Below are positions 8,767-18,934 of a stretch of 64,000 nt of DNA, piece after piece (the stretch's first letter is position 1; each line of letters starts with the position of its first letter). The position numbers and the translations under genes were made by a program. The notes beneath the pieces were generated by a model. That model was not told the origin of the DNA. It made no database searches and saw only the letters and a program-made list of their open reading frames with translations. Origin of the DNA: an uncultured archaeon (GTDB taxonomy: Archaea > Thermoplasmatota > Penumbrarchaeia > JASLWR01); assembly GCA_964342815.1 (NCBI GenBank), contig CAYFHS010000002.1, forward strand, positions 184,790 to 248,789, read 5' to 3'.

Positions 8767-9714
8767 TCAATCATCGAACCTCTTCAGTATCTTCTTCTCA
8801 ATGTACCTATCAAAGCGCTTGCTCCTTACTATCCAGCCGGAGGTCCAAAATATTATGAGAATTACAGTTACTATCATGATTCCCACGAACCCCATAATCA
8901 AAGGGAGTGAAAGATTTAAAAAACTTGCTATAAATATGAAGACAGTCAAATAACATGCCATATAAAGTAATGAAGGAATCAATTGCACAATTGTAAATTC
9001 ATCAAAGAATACGATAAAATTGCAATCTTCACATTTAGCATTGAATCTCCCGTCTGCTCTAAGTTCCATAGTGCCCTGACAGACAGGGCATTTTTTCTCG
9101 CTCCAGCTCCGGAATGGATGTTTCTTTCCACTCCTCGTCTGATATTCTTTCTTCAATTTTTTCTCGATATCAACCAGTTTGAATATGCTTATATCCTCCT
9201 GGAAATCGACCTTCTTTGGATCAACGGATCGACGCAATATTCCAATGATTTTCCTTTTGTCGTCTTCTCGAAATCCGAAACCGATATCCACCATCCGATT
9301 GTTTCTATTGTAGATATGGATTCTTATTGAACCCTGTGTAGTGAATGTATAGATTGCTACTATTTCGTCGTAGGGGAAAACCTTCTTTCTGACAACTTTG
9401 AAAGCAATTTCCTTATTCAATATACTGACCTTTCGCTTTTTGAAGAATGCGATATACAAGATCGCACAAAGGGGCATGACAAAAGCTCCAAATATGCTAC
9501 TGTAAATCAATAAGGTAATCGTTGGTCCCTTTATAATGAGATAACCGAGTATCCAGAGAAAATAAGGGACAGGAAATAAAAGAGTAAGAAAAACAGCTCC
9601 CCCTCGCTCCATTGGTGGAAAGCGCCGAAATGAGCTATGGAAAGTATGTGTCATTATCGTAACCCAAACCGAGGATGGTTGACTTGGAATATAAATTTTA
9701 TTGAGCCGGTTCAA
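8767..9714 (-). CDS. Hypothetical multi-pass membrane protein with a beta domain and a Zn ribbon
   Basis: About 4 TM helices, an FPYDEI beta domain, and a CPVC...CEDC Zn ribbon; AT-rich. Confidence 0.6.
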   Translation of the reverse strand: MNRLNKIYIPSQPSSVWVTIMTHTFHSSFRRFPPMERGGAVFLTLLFPVPYFLWILGYLIIKGPTITLLIYSSIFGAFVMPLCAILYIAFFKKRKVSILNKEIAFKVVRKKVFPYDEIVAIYTFTTQGSIRIHIYNRNNRMVDIGFGFREDDKRKIIGILRRSVDPKKVDFQEDISIFKLVDIEKKLKKEYQTRSGKKHPFRSWSEKKCPVCQGTMELRADGRFNAKCEDCNFIVFFDEFTIVQLIPSLLYMACYLTVFIFIASFLNLSLPLIMGFVGIMIVTVILIIFWTSGWIVRSKRFDRYIEKKILKRFDD

Positions 9715-9908
9715 AATCGATAAAGGTTCCTAATTGAAAATTTTACAACGTTGATAGGTATAATTTTTTCATAAGACACGATAATCCAAACTAATAACAG
9801 TGTGGGAGAGTAAATATTTCGAGAAATCTTCCGATGTATCATAAGGTTTTGGCCGATTTCTTCCCGGAAGATAGTTTCATTTTTCAGCCAATTTATAGTC
9901 TCGTCCCC

Positions 9909-10265
9909 TCACCACACTTTCTTTTCCTCTATCAGCTCCACCTCGACCTCGGTACCAAAATTCTTTTTCAGGTCGTTCCGAAGTGCCTCGAAATCTTCCA
10001 TGCTGTCATATTCCACCACCAGATTTTTCTCATCGAGCACGTTCAACCTGCCATGTCTTTCCACCACCTCGATGACGTCCCTGGTCCTTACCGTGATCCA
10101 GCCTTTCATACGCCTCAGCAGTTCATCCCCTTTGAATGCTCTGGCGATGGTCAGGTCGATCCTGCGCTGCTTTGCATCCCAACCGATTATGGCAGGACGC
10201 ACTATCTTTGGCGTTACCGGATCGTGAACAACAGCACATCTGAACCATATCTTCGATCGTATCAT
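9909..10265 (-). CDS. Hypothetical protein (118 aa)
   Basis: Codon usage like the backbone genes, starts 68 bp after the upstream gene; no recognised motif. Confidence 0.65.
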   Translation of the reverse strand: MIRSKIWFRCAVVHDPVTPKIVRPAIIGWDAKQRRIDLTIARAFKGDELLRRMKGWITVRTRDVIEVVERHGRLNVLDEKNLVVEYDSMEDFEALRNDLKKNFGTEVEVELIEEKKVW

Positions 10266-10332
10266 AAGGTATCAGACCATATTGTTTTATACGGAAAAAA
10301 TTCTTGACCGGTATTGCCATTTGTTTCGATGT

Positions 10333-13300
10333 TCATACCGGTGGCGGAGGCGGCATGGCAGAGGTAGAGGTCGGAGTTGCGGGGGCGGGTTTTGGTGCAG
10401 CAGGAGGAGACTGTGCCGGAGGTGACTGTGCAGGAGGTACCGCCGTCCCGGGGGCCGCTCCTGGGATGGGTCTCGGAACGGATCCCGGGATAGGTCCCGG
10501 AACGGGTCCCGGTGCTTTTGGCTGATATTTGCCCTGCGGTGGTGCGGTGGGTGCCGGTTTGTAAAGCCTCTCGCCGGGTACGCTGGGTGTTGGAGTGGGT
10601 TTCTGGTACGGATGCGCGGACGGCACGCTGGTGGTCTGGATCTCGTATTTCCCGTCCACGAACTGGAAATCGATTATGTCCGCCTCATCATCCTTTCCAT
10701 TCTTCGAAGCTCCCTCTGTCTCGGTATGTCCCACCACCTGCTTCGTGTTCATGTCGATCACCACCGAGTACTGCGGTAATGCAAGCCGCTTCTTCTGCTC
10801 CGGCAGTTTCTTCGCAGAAGTTTGACCCGAAGGTAGCTGAGCAACATCCTTCTTCTTGAACAGCTCACTTGCGTCGGGCATGATCCTTTTGGCGACCACG
10901 CCTCCCTTCATCACCGGACTGTAGGTGATCTCGGCCATGTCTTTCCTCTCACTTTCCCTATCCAGCAGCTCCGGCGGTATCCTGTTCTTTATCCGTTTCA
11001 CTACCATAATGATGATAATCATCAGGATAATCAGTGCAACCAAGGCGATTGCGCCGTAGAAAATTAATGGTTCGTCCTCTATTAACTTCTCCAGTGAGGA
11101 ACGTTCATCGATCATTTCTTTATCCACCACTTTGATGGAAAGCGCCTGCTCGGTCTCGGAAAAGAATGTCGGTATCTTCGAGGTGCACACGGCCCTGATA
11201 ATGTGTTCTCCCGATATGGAGGAACCCGCCGGAACGAATATTTCCAGGGGAAGTATGACCTCATTCTCCGGGAGCATTCTGAAGGAACCGATTAACGGGG
11301 ATACGTATTCAAGAAGTTCATCATCCGCTATGATATTGATGGTGACATTATCCTCGATGGTTCCTCGGTTGATGATACGCAGGTTGAATGTGTACACCGT
11401 TCCCTTCTCCACGGTTATGTTCGCAATCTGCGCGTCGAAAGATATCTCCGTAATATACACGATGATCTCCAGCGTCTGATAGGCTACCGGTGAAAAGCTC
11501 TCACCGTCGAAGGCCTTGATCTGAATATAGTAAATTAAATTCGGTGCCAGCTCTTTACTAAACTGAAATCTCGTATGGTTCTGTACCGGGTACCAGGATA
11601 CGATCTCGCCGTGACCCTTGGACAAACCTATCTGGATGAAATACACTATCATATCATCCCTGCCCTCGGGGTCCGTTGCAGGGTCCCAATGAATGGTGGG
11701 CGTCAAATTAGTGGTCATACTGGGTAATATGTTTGTCACCTGGGACGGCGGCATGTTGCCCTTTTCTGTTATTTCCAGAACCGCTTCGAAAACTATGGAA
11801 AATAATTCACCATCGAAGGCCTTGATCTGGACGTAATATTTACCAATGACAAGTTCTTCCTTTGGTCGGTAGCTGTTCACCGCGATCCCATCCACCCATG
11901 GCAGTACGTCACCCGCCCCGCTTCTGCTTCCGATCTGTATCGAATATGTTATGTTGTCGTTGTTGATGTCGTAGGCCCCGACCCAGCTAATGTTCGTGGT
12001 CGTCTCCCATGTCTTGGTGGGGTACATTTCCGTGGGTGGTGACGGTGGTGCGTTGGCATCTCCTATTATATGAAGAAGTTCCTGTTGTATGTATGAGAAG
12101 GAATACCCGTCAGAAACACGGACCTGCACGTAATAGGTACCGAGGGGCAGCTCATTCTGGATCTGATACTGCGAGGATGGCCCAACATCGACCCATGGTA
12201 GTATGTCATCGCTGTATGGATAGCTTCCGATCTGGAGGTAGTTGCCAATTACCGAATCGCCATCCCCGTCCACCGCTCCGGACCAGCTTATCAACGGCAG
12301 CGTTTCCATGGTAAAGTCCGGAAGGATCGTATTTGGTGGTGATGGTGGAAGGTTTGCAAGCACGAAGATATCTAAGGTCTGAACCAAGGGCGTGGAGTTA
12401 TCCAATCCGTCCGTGGCCAAAACCTCGACGAAATAAGTATCGTACGGCAGTGGTGTTTCTACCTGATAGAAAGGATTTTTTCCTATCCATTGCCGCCGTA
12501 CCACATCCCCACTTCCCTCCACGGTCCCGATCATTATATAGTATTCCAGATCATAGCTTTCTGTTATAGTATCGGTGGCACCATACCAGTGTATAAAGGG
12601 GGCAGTTTCCCGTGTCTCGTCCGGCAGCAGGGTGTCCGGTGGAGACGGAGGTATGTTGAAGTACAGCTCGAACAGCTCCGAGTTTTCCGAGAAGGGCACA
12701 GATGACGCTGCCCCGAACTTATCATCTATCTTTACTTCGACGTCATAGGTTCCTGTCTCGAAGCTGCTATTCACTCCAAAGGTAATATTTGTTAGGTATT
12801 CGTTGTTATCCAGCAGTGATGAAGTGATCTTGGCCAACTCCTTGACACCAGATGAAAATACCAGGAATGTTTCATCCGAGGGGTTCCTTATGGACAGTTC
12901 GTAGGTGAATGAACTCAAGGTGTGAAGGTCCGGATCGCTGAACCTTACCGATAAGGTCATTTCCGGCTCATTATAGGTGTTCAGGCGAGTGGGTGAAATG
13001 CTCACTTCGAGTATCTGTGGGTCTATGTTGAAAAAGGTTGAAAAAACCTCGGGATTATCAGCGTAATCGGAAACGAATATTGGCTCAGCTCCGTCGTGGA
13101 TGGTTATCCTGACGTCGAATTCGTCATCCGGCAAGGAGTTAAATTCGTCATACCTGTACGATACCATGAAAGAATTGTTTGTAAGATTGATGATCTGGAA
13201 AGCGGATCTACTGGCAGCCGGGTAAATAGTCCGAAGGGTGCCGTTGGAGCTTCTCAAACTTATGTTGACATCCACGTTCCTGAGTTCGTAATCGCCGGAA

Positions 13301-14826
13301 ATATTTTCCATAACGGTGTAATTGATGAAGACAGGTTTTTCCAGATGGCGGTTGCAGCGTTCCGGTTCAACGGAAACACCGACGATCTCGGCCCTGTACA
13401 GCTCGAATGCATCGAGCCGGTCCTCGAAGCTCGAGCTGTTTTGACCACCCAGCCCGTCGTTCACCTCGATCAAAAGATCGTAAAAGGACGGAGGATAAGC
13501 ATCATCTGGCTTCCATATATACTGGAAATCGTATGAATGATTCGTTTTTTTGTTTATTGATAATCCCGGTTCGCCGTTTTCCGCATTGGTCGCCAGATCA
13601 TAGACTATATTGTTCTCATCTCTTATGCGGATGCTGAGATTGAAATCGGAATCGCTCTGAACGTCCAGGTCCTGGAATGTACCTGAGAAAGTTATGGTTG
13701 ATCCTCCGAGTTTGTTAAGCCGCAATTTGTTGTTCTTCATGCTGTTCACATTTATTCCGGGGTAATGGTTGCGCAGCTCAACTGCATTCTCAAGTGATTG
13801 ATATCCAGTCCCTCCCGGCAGCCCGTCCGGATCGAATAATAAAATTTTTAGATCCACGAAACCGAATCCGTAGACCCGTCCGGGATCAAAAAACAGTGTT
13901 GCGTTATAAAAACCGGCGAGAATGCGCTCCATTGAGAACTTGGTATTCTTGATTGAAATGTTGTCTACGTATCTTAACAGCGATGCGTTATCGCTTAACC
14001 GCACGTCAACTGTCATTGTGAAATTGTCCACACTGTGATCATCGGGATCGCTCACAGACAGGTTTATGGCTGCCGTGTCATCCGAAAGAGGATAGATTAT
14101 GGGGTTGCTCACGTTTACGCTGTCTTTAATGTAACGGGGCCGGAAATTCGCCTTTACAGTAATATTATCGATTATTATCATATCCCCGTGGGGATTGTCA
14201 CGACCTCCCGAGCTCCAGTAAAAATACCCGCGAAATTGTATTCGGAGGTTGCTGATCTTTGGGAACGCCGAGAGATCGTAGGAGGCATGTATGAAATCGT
14301 TGGGGCCAGTGGATGAATCGCCATTATCCAGGGTCTGTGGTGTTTTCCACATGGGGTTGGTATAACCGTTATTAGTGATCCCATCCGCGTCTATATCGAT
14401 ATACAAATGTTCATAGTTCTCTATATCTTCGTAAGCGTAATAGAAATCAAGCACGACGTCCTCGGTATTAGTTAGATCCAGGGTCGTGACTATCACTGCC
14501 GTATCGTAGTTGTTACCCCCATCTCCCCTCATGAAAACGCTGTGGCCGTCATACGCAAAAGTGTTGCCGTCGAAATTCGTACGGACCTCAAGCAATCCCC
14601 TGTTCCTCCAGGGGGTGAAAGCGCCCCATCCGTTCTCGAAATCTTCGAAAAAAATGATTTTTTCGGCACCTCGGGTAGCGCTTGATGGATTATCGGCAGG
14701 GTTAAGCTGAGGATTGGTACGTGTTTCCGTACTCATATTATTGGAAAATAGGTGCAGCGACGAACTTATCAATGCCACTGTTATCATGCAAATGATCATC
14801 TTATTCTTGCTAATCATAAAGCTCAC
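10333..14826 (-). CDS. Large cell-surface glycoprotein: signal peptide, lectin/Ig-like domains, 4 FN3-like repeats, C-terminal TM helix and Pro-rich cytoplasmic tail
   Basis: N-terminal hydrophobic segment; four PPS(P/Q)xx..P..T....P.I.W..A.D repeats; many N-x-S/T sequons; TM LIFYGAIALVALIILMIIIIMVV; tail ending MPPPPPV. Confidence 0.8.
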   Translation of the reverse strand: MSFMISKNKMIICMITVALISSSLHLFSNNMSTETRTNPQLNPADNPSSATRGAEKIIFFEDFENGWGAFTPWRNRGLLEVRTNFDGNTFAYDGHSVFMRGDGGNNYDTAVIVTTLDLTNTEDVVLDFYYAYEDIENYEHLYIDIDADGITNNGYTNPMWKTPQTLDNGDSSTGPNDFIHASYDLSAFPKISNLRIQFRGYFYWSSGGRDNPHGDMIIIDNITVKANFRPRYIKDSVNVSNPIIYPLSDDTAAINLSVSDPDDHSVDNFTMTVDVRLSDNASLLRYVDNISIKNTKFSMERILAGFYNATLFFDPGRVYGFGFVDLKILLFDPDGLPGGTGYQSLENAVELRNHYPGINVNSMKNNKLRLNKLGGSTITFSGTFQDLDVQSDSDFNLSIRIRDENNIVYDLATNAENGEPGLSINKKTNHSYDFQYIWKPDDAYPPSFYDLLIEVNDGLGGQNSSSFEDRLDAFELYRAEIVGVSVEPERCNRHLEKPVFINYTVMENISGDYELRNVDVNISLRSSNGTLRTIYPAASRSAFQIINLTNNSFMVSYRYDEFNSLPDDEFDVRITIHDGAEPIFVSDYADNPEVFSTFFNIDPQILEVSISPTRLNTYNEPEMTLSVRFSDPDLHTLSSFTYELSIRNPSDETFLVFSSGVKELAKITSSLLDNNEYLTNITFGVNSSFETGTYDVEVKIDDKFGAASSVPFSENSELFELYFNIPPSPPDTLLPDETRETAPFIHWYGATDTITESYDLEYYIMIGTVEGSGDVVRRQWIGKNPFYQVETPLPYDTYFVEVLATDGLDNSTPLVQTLDIFVLANLPPSPPNTILPDFTMETLPLISWSGAVDGDGDSVIGNYLQIGSYPYSDDILPWVDVGPSSQYQIQNELPLGTYYVQVRVSDGYSFSYIQQELLHIIGDANAPPSPPTEMYPTKTWETTTNISWVGAYDINNDNITYSIQIGSRSGAGDVLPWVDGIAVNSYRPKEELVIGKYYVQIKAFDGELFSIVFEAVLEITEKGNMPPSQVTNILPSMTTNLTPTIHWDPATDPEGRDDMIVYFIQIGLSKGHGEIVSWYPVQNHTRFQFSKELAPNLIYYIQIKAFDGESFSPVAYQTLEIIVYITEISFDAQIANITVEKGTVYTFNLRIINRGTIEDNVTINIIADDELLEYVSPLIGSFRMLPENEVILPLEIFVPAGSSISGEHIIRAVCTSKIPTFFSETEQALSIKVVDKEMIDERSSLEKLIEDEPLIFYGAIALVALIILMIIIIMVVKRIKNRIPPELLDRESERKDMAEITYSPVMKGGVVAKRIMPDASELFKKKDVAQLPSGQTSAKKLPEQKKRLALPQYSVVIDMNTKQVVGHTETEGASKNGKDDEADIIDFQFVDGKYEIQTTSVPSAHPYQKPTPTPSVPGERLYKPAPTAPPQGKYQPKAPGPVPGPIPGSVPRPIPGAAPGTAVPPAQSPPAQSPPAAPKPAPATPTSTSAMPPPPPV

Positions 14827-15042
14827 CGATTGTGCATAATGTAACTTTCGGAATATCTTCTCATTCTTACATATAATTTATGGTACATTATTAGAACTGT
14901 AGGTTTTGTGTATAAATATTACTGCCTTGTTTCAAATTGTGTAGTTGATGGCCCCGAGTAGTTTTGATAATTGATGTTTCCCGCCGCGAATTGGCGAGAA
15001 AAGATTTAAATCCCATTTTTATCGTAACAAGCTCTTGATATT

Positions 15043-15879
15043 ATGGTGTTTGTAAAGAGGGTCAATGCAGATGTAAAAAGGATCATGGGAGAATTCCTGA
15101 GGGCGAATATAAGGGAGAGCGGGGCGAATGGTGTGGTCATTGGGCTTTCCGGTGGAATAGACAGTGCACTTTGCGCAAAGCTCTGCGTGGATGTACTGGG
15201 AAGCGAGCGGGTTCACCTGTTGTTCATGCCCGAGGAATCCACACCTCCGGGGGATTATGAAGATATTGAAAAGCTGTCTCAATATCTCAATGTACCGGTG
15301 CACACCCTTTCTATTAATGATCTGGTGAAGGAATTCATCGGCTCCCTGTCGCATTGCGGTTTTGCAGGGGAAGTAGGTGGGTCCGCAATGGATCGTGGGA
15401 AGACAAACATCAAACCAAGGATACGAATTTCAGCACTTTTTTATTTTGCCAATATTTACAATTGTCTCGTCATCGGCCCCTCGAACAAGAGTGAACTTCT
15501 GGTGGGTTATTTCACCAAGTTCGGCGACGGTGCAAGCGACCTGGCCCTCATCGGTGATCTCTACAAGACCCAGGTTTTCCAGATGGCCGGCTTGCTTGGC
15601 CTGCCGCAGTGGATACTGGACAAGAAACCCTCGCCTGGCCTTGAAGTGGGTGTCAACGACGAGGACGAATTGAAGATCACCTATGCTCTATTGGACCAGA
15701 TACTGGCCGGATTTGATCTGGGTTATGACGATGAATACGTGGCAGAGAAAGTTGGTGCTCCACTGGGGGAAGTTTTGAGAATTCGAAAAATGATGATCTC
15801 CACGATACACAAACGTCGGTTCCCGAGGATACCCAAGATAGGTCTTTATACGGTGGGGATCGACAGAAGAGAATATTGA
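15043..15879 (+). CDS. nadE: NH3-dependent NAD+ synthetase
   Basis: GLSGGIDSA, NIKPRIR, GPSNKSELLVGYFTKFGDG, DLYKTQV and KKPSPGL motifs; no glutaminase domain. Confidence 0.96.
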   Translation: MVFVKRVNADVKRIMGEFLRANIRESGANGVVIGLSGGIDSALCAKLCVDVLGSERVHLLFMPEESTPPGDYEDIEKLSQYLNVPVHTLSINDLVKEFIGSLSHCGFAGEVGGSAMDRGKTNIKPRIRISALFYFANIYNCLVIGPSNKSELLVGYFTKFGDGASDLALIGDLYKTQVFQMAGLLGLPQWILDKKPSPGLEVGVNDEDELKITYALLDQILAGFDLGYDDEYVAEKVGAPLGEVLRIRKMMISTIHKRRFPRIPKIGLYTVGIDRREY

Positions 15880-15937
15880 TTTTCTACATAAAATTACACA
15901 ATAAAATAATTATACCAATTCCTTATTTCTTTTCCCC

Positions 15938-16351
15938 ATGGCCCGAAATTGTCCCAGATGCATGAATCCCATGGTTCTGCTAACGAAAAAGAACATCGAA
16001 TTGGATGCTTGTCCCCAGTGTATGGGCATCTGGTTCGACAAGGATGAGCTTGATAAGATAACCGATGGCTGCACCTCCTTCGAGGGGCTTATATTTACAG
16101 CCAAAAGCCTGGGGAGGAAACTCAGCTGCCCCAACTGCAGCAAGATGATGAACTATTACACGGTTGAAGGAGTTACAGTGGATTTCTGCCAGGATTGTGC
16201 GGGGGTTTGGTTGGATGCCGGTGAACTGTCGGCGATTGGCGGCGTTCTGCAGAAAAAGAGCCAAGAGGCATCCGAAGGCTTCTGTTACGAGATCCAAGAG
16301 GAAAAGGCCGATGGTTTCTTTTCCAAGATCAAGGACATCTTCAAGAAATAG
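15938..16351 (+). CDS. Tandem zf-TFIIB-type Zn-ribbon protein
   Basis: Two copies of CPxC...(I/V)DxCxxCxG(I/V)WxDxxEL. Confidence 0.85.
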   Translation: MARNCPRCMNPMVLLTKKNIELDACPQCMGIWFDKDELDKITDGCTSFEGLIFTAKSLGRKLSCPNCSKMMNYYTVEGVTVDFCQDCAGVWLDAGELSAIGGVLQKKSQEASEGFCYEIQEEKADGFFSKIKDIFKK

Positions 16352-16375
16352 TTGGACCCGACGAGCTTTCCCTCA

Positions 16376-18934
16376 TCACTCCAGCAATCCCTTTTTCCTT
16401 TCGACATAATTATATATTTTCAACCAGGCCACCATTGCATGCTGGTTATAGTCTATTCTGATTTCGTGGTCCGCAACGCCACCGGGCACGCCTCCGAAAC
16501 ATCTTCTTGGTGACGGAAGAAATTGAGAATCCGATTCGTTGAGCGCGAGCATCACCAGGAAGTCCGATGCCAGTATAATCCTTGTCTTGTAGAACTCCTT
16601 ATCACCGGACAGATTATACCTCTCCATCATCCAGTAAAAGTCCATTGGTCCCTCTATCTTCGACGCCGTGTTCGCCCTGGGATAGTAGTCAGGTTCGCCG
16701 TCAGGGTCATTTTGATATCTGAGGTAGCGATCGTAATAGAAACCTCCCACATATTCCGGTATCTCGAAACCCTCAGGATACTGGTCCTGACCGTAGAGAA
16801 CGCTTTCCGCCATTGAGCGGGACATGTTCACATATCTAACGTCCGGTTCGAACTCATACATGATGAGCGCCGCGCCGGTGGCCCATGGACTGAACGGCGA
16901 GTAGTATGAGTTATCCCTCCCGTAATAATCATAATAATAGTCGAAGGCCAGCTTCCAGCAGTCCATGTATTTTTCCTCGCGTGTATGCTGGTAGAGGAAC
17001 GCCAGCGCCAGGAAAGCCTCTCCAGGATAGTAATCCGTGTGTTTCCAGTAGTATTTGTCCCCTTCCTCCGGTATACTGCCGTCCACCTGATAGTAGTTGT
17101 TGAATTCCCCGGTGCCGTTGTCCTGTGAGAATATAAAAAAGTTCCCTAGAGCGTCCAGTGTGTCACCGTAGCGGTCATCGAGCACCTTCTCAAAGGTCAC
17201 GTAGCAGAGCACTGCCAGTGCCGCCCCTCCCAATTTCGAATCACCCTCGTCAACGATGTGGGCCGTATTCTGGTCAATGTACTCGACGTGTTTTCCCACG
17301 TATTCCATGGCAAGTTCCCCGGCGTCGAGAAATATCTTCTCGGGGTAGTTGCGGTAAAGAAGAAGGACCGAGTAGGTGGTTCCCATCTGGCGGAGCATGT
17401 TATCGCTTGACGAATAGGAAAGCTGCCTTGGATCGTACTGGTAATTAAAACTTCCGTCGGGCCGCTGGCCGTTCACCAGATAAAGTCCTGCCGCCACCGA
17501 AGCCTCGAGATAGGGTGAGTCCCGGGGTTCTTTCATATCCTCCATTGCGAACCATTTCCTGCCGTGCACGCGCTCTTCACCCTTTATCTCAGTAAGCAGA
17601 TCTTCTTTTAGTACGACATAGTCGTGCATCTTTATCCAGGCTACAATGGCATGCTGATTGTAATCGATTCTCACGTCACTGTCGCTCACACCGCCCGGGA
17701 CGCCTCCATAAGCTTTTTTTGGGTCCGAAAGCGATGCAGCATCCGACGCGTTATACTGTAGAGTCGCAAGGAATTCAGACGCCAGCACCATTCTTTCACG
17801 GTAGAATTTTTTATTACCCGACAGATCATACCTCTCCATCATCCAGTAAAAATCCATGGGCCCCTCTATCTTCGACGCCGTGTTCGCCCTGGGATAGTAG
17901 TCAGCTTCGCCGTCGGGGTCATTTTGATATCTAATGTAGCGATCGTAATAGAAACCTCTCACGTATTCCGGTATCTCGAAATCCTCCGGATACTGGTCCT
18001 GCCCGTACAGCACCCGATCCGCCATTGAGCGGGACATTTCGACGTATCTCTCATCCTGCTGAAACTCATACATTATCAGTGCAGCGCCGGTGGCCCAGGG
18101 GCTGAATGGAGAATAATACGAGTTCTTCCCACCGTAGTAGTCGTAATAATATTCGAATGCCAGGTCCCAGCAGTCCTTGTATTTTTCCTCCCGTGTGTGC
18201 TGATACAGGAACGCCAGGGCCAGGAAAGCCTCTCCGGGGTAGTAATCCGTATGTTTCCAGTAGTATTTTTCCCCCTCTGCCGGTATCTTCCCGTCCACTT
18301 GATAGTAGTTATTGAACTCCCCGGTGGCATTGTTCTGAGAGAATATTATGAAATTTCCCAGGGCGTCCAAGGTATCTCTATAACGCGTACCGGCAACCTT
18401 TTCGAAGGTCACGTAGCAGAGCACTGCCAGTGCCGCCCCTCCCAGTTTCGAGGTACCGCCGCTGACGATATGGGCCGTTTCCGGGTCGATATACTCCACG
18501 TACCGCTCAACGTATTCCATGGCAAGCTGGCCTGTCTCAAGAAAGATTGGCTCCGGATAGTGTTTGTAGATCAAAAGAACGGAATAGGTTGTGCCCAGCT
18601 GCCGAAGCATGTTGTCGTCTGTGGAATAACTGTCACCTTTGGGATCGTAATTGTAGTTGAAGCTTCCGTCCGAGCGCTGGCAGTTCACAAGGTACAGCCC
18701 GCCCATCACTGCGGATTCGAGGTAGGATGATTCGATTTCCAAATTCATGTCGTCCAGTGTGAACCAGTCCCTTCCCGGCACACGATCCAGTGCTTCTTCG
18801 TAAAAGTAAAGATAGACTGCGAGACCCGATAACACAAGAAGAGCCGTCACGCAGAATGCAAGTATGATCTTGTGGACGCGGAGGCTCTCGTTCAAGGCTG
18901 TCACATCCTGTGTTATTGATTCATTTAATCCCAC
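16376..18934 (-). CDS. Membrane-anchored protein with two tandem ~404-aa helical (alpha/alpha-toroid-like) domains
   Basis: N-terminal TM; two highly similar halves with a 1212-bp period, each with LVNxQRxDGSFNY, DNMLRQxGTTYS, SKLGGAALA, DYYPGEAFLALA and RIDYNQHA. Confidence 0.75.
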   Translation of the reverse strand: MGLNESITQDVTALNESLRVHKIILAFCVTALLVLSGLAVYLYFYEEALDRVPGRDWFTLDDMNLEIESSYLESAVMGGLYLVNCQRSDGSFNYNYDPKGDSYSTDDNMLRQLGTTYSVLLIYKHYPEPIFLETGQLAMEYVERYVEYIDPETAHIVSGGTSKLGGAALAVLCYVTFEKVAGTRYRDTLDALGNFIIFSQNNATGEFNNYYQVDGKIPAEGEKYYWKHTDYYPGEAFLALAFLYQHTREEKYKDCWDLAFEYYYDYYGGKNSYYSPFSPWATGAALIMYEFQQDERYVEMSRSMADRVLYGQDQYPEDFEIPEYVRGFYYDRYIRYQNDPDGEADYYPRANTASKIEGPMDFYWMMERYDLSGNKKFYRERMVLASEFLATLQYNASDAASLSDPKKAYGGVPGGVSDSDVRIDYNQHAIVAWIKMHDYVVLKEDLLTEIKGEERVHGRKWFAMEDMKEPRDSPYLEASVAAGLYLVNGQRPDGSFNYQYDPRQLSYSSSDNMLRQMGTTYSVLLLYRNYPEKIFLDAGELAMEYVGKHVEYIDQNTAHIVDEGDSKLGGAALAVLCYVTFEKVLDDRYGDTLDALGNFFIFSQDNGTGEFNNYYQVDGSIPEEGDKYYWKHTDYYPGEAFLALAFLYQHTREEKYMDCWKLAFDYYYDYYGRDNSYYSPFSPWATGAALIMYEFEPDVRYVNMSRSMAESVLYGQDQYPEGFEIPEYVGGFYYDRYLRYQNDPDGEPDYYPRANTASKIEGPMDFYWMMERYNLSGDKEFYKTRIILASDFLVMLALNESDSQFLPSPRRCFGGVPGGVADHEIRIDYNQHAMVAWLKIYNYVERKKGLLE

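Noticed and set aside
6423-9830. AT-rich island as an integron cassette array or integrated element
   Set aside because: Three genes are translationally coupled, and I found no attC-like RYYYAAC...GTTRRRY pairs, integrase, tRNA or flanking direct repeats.
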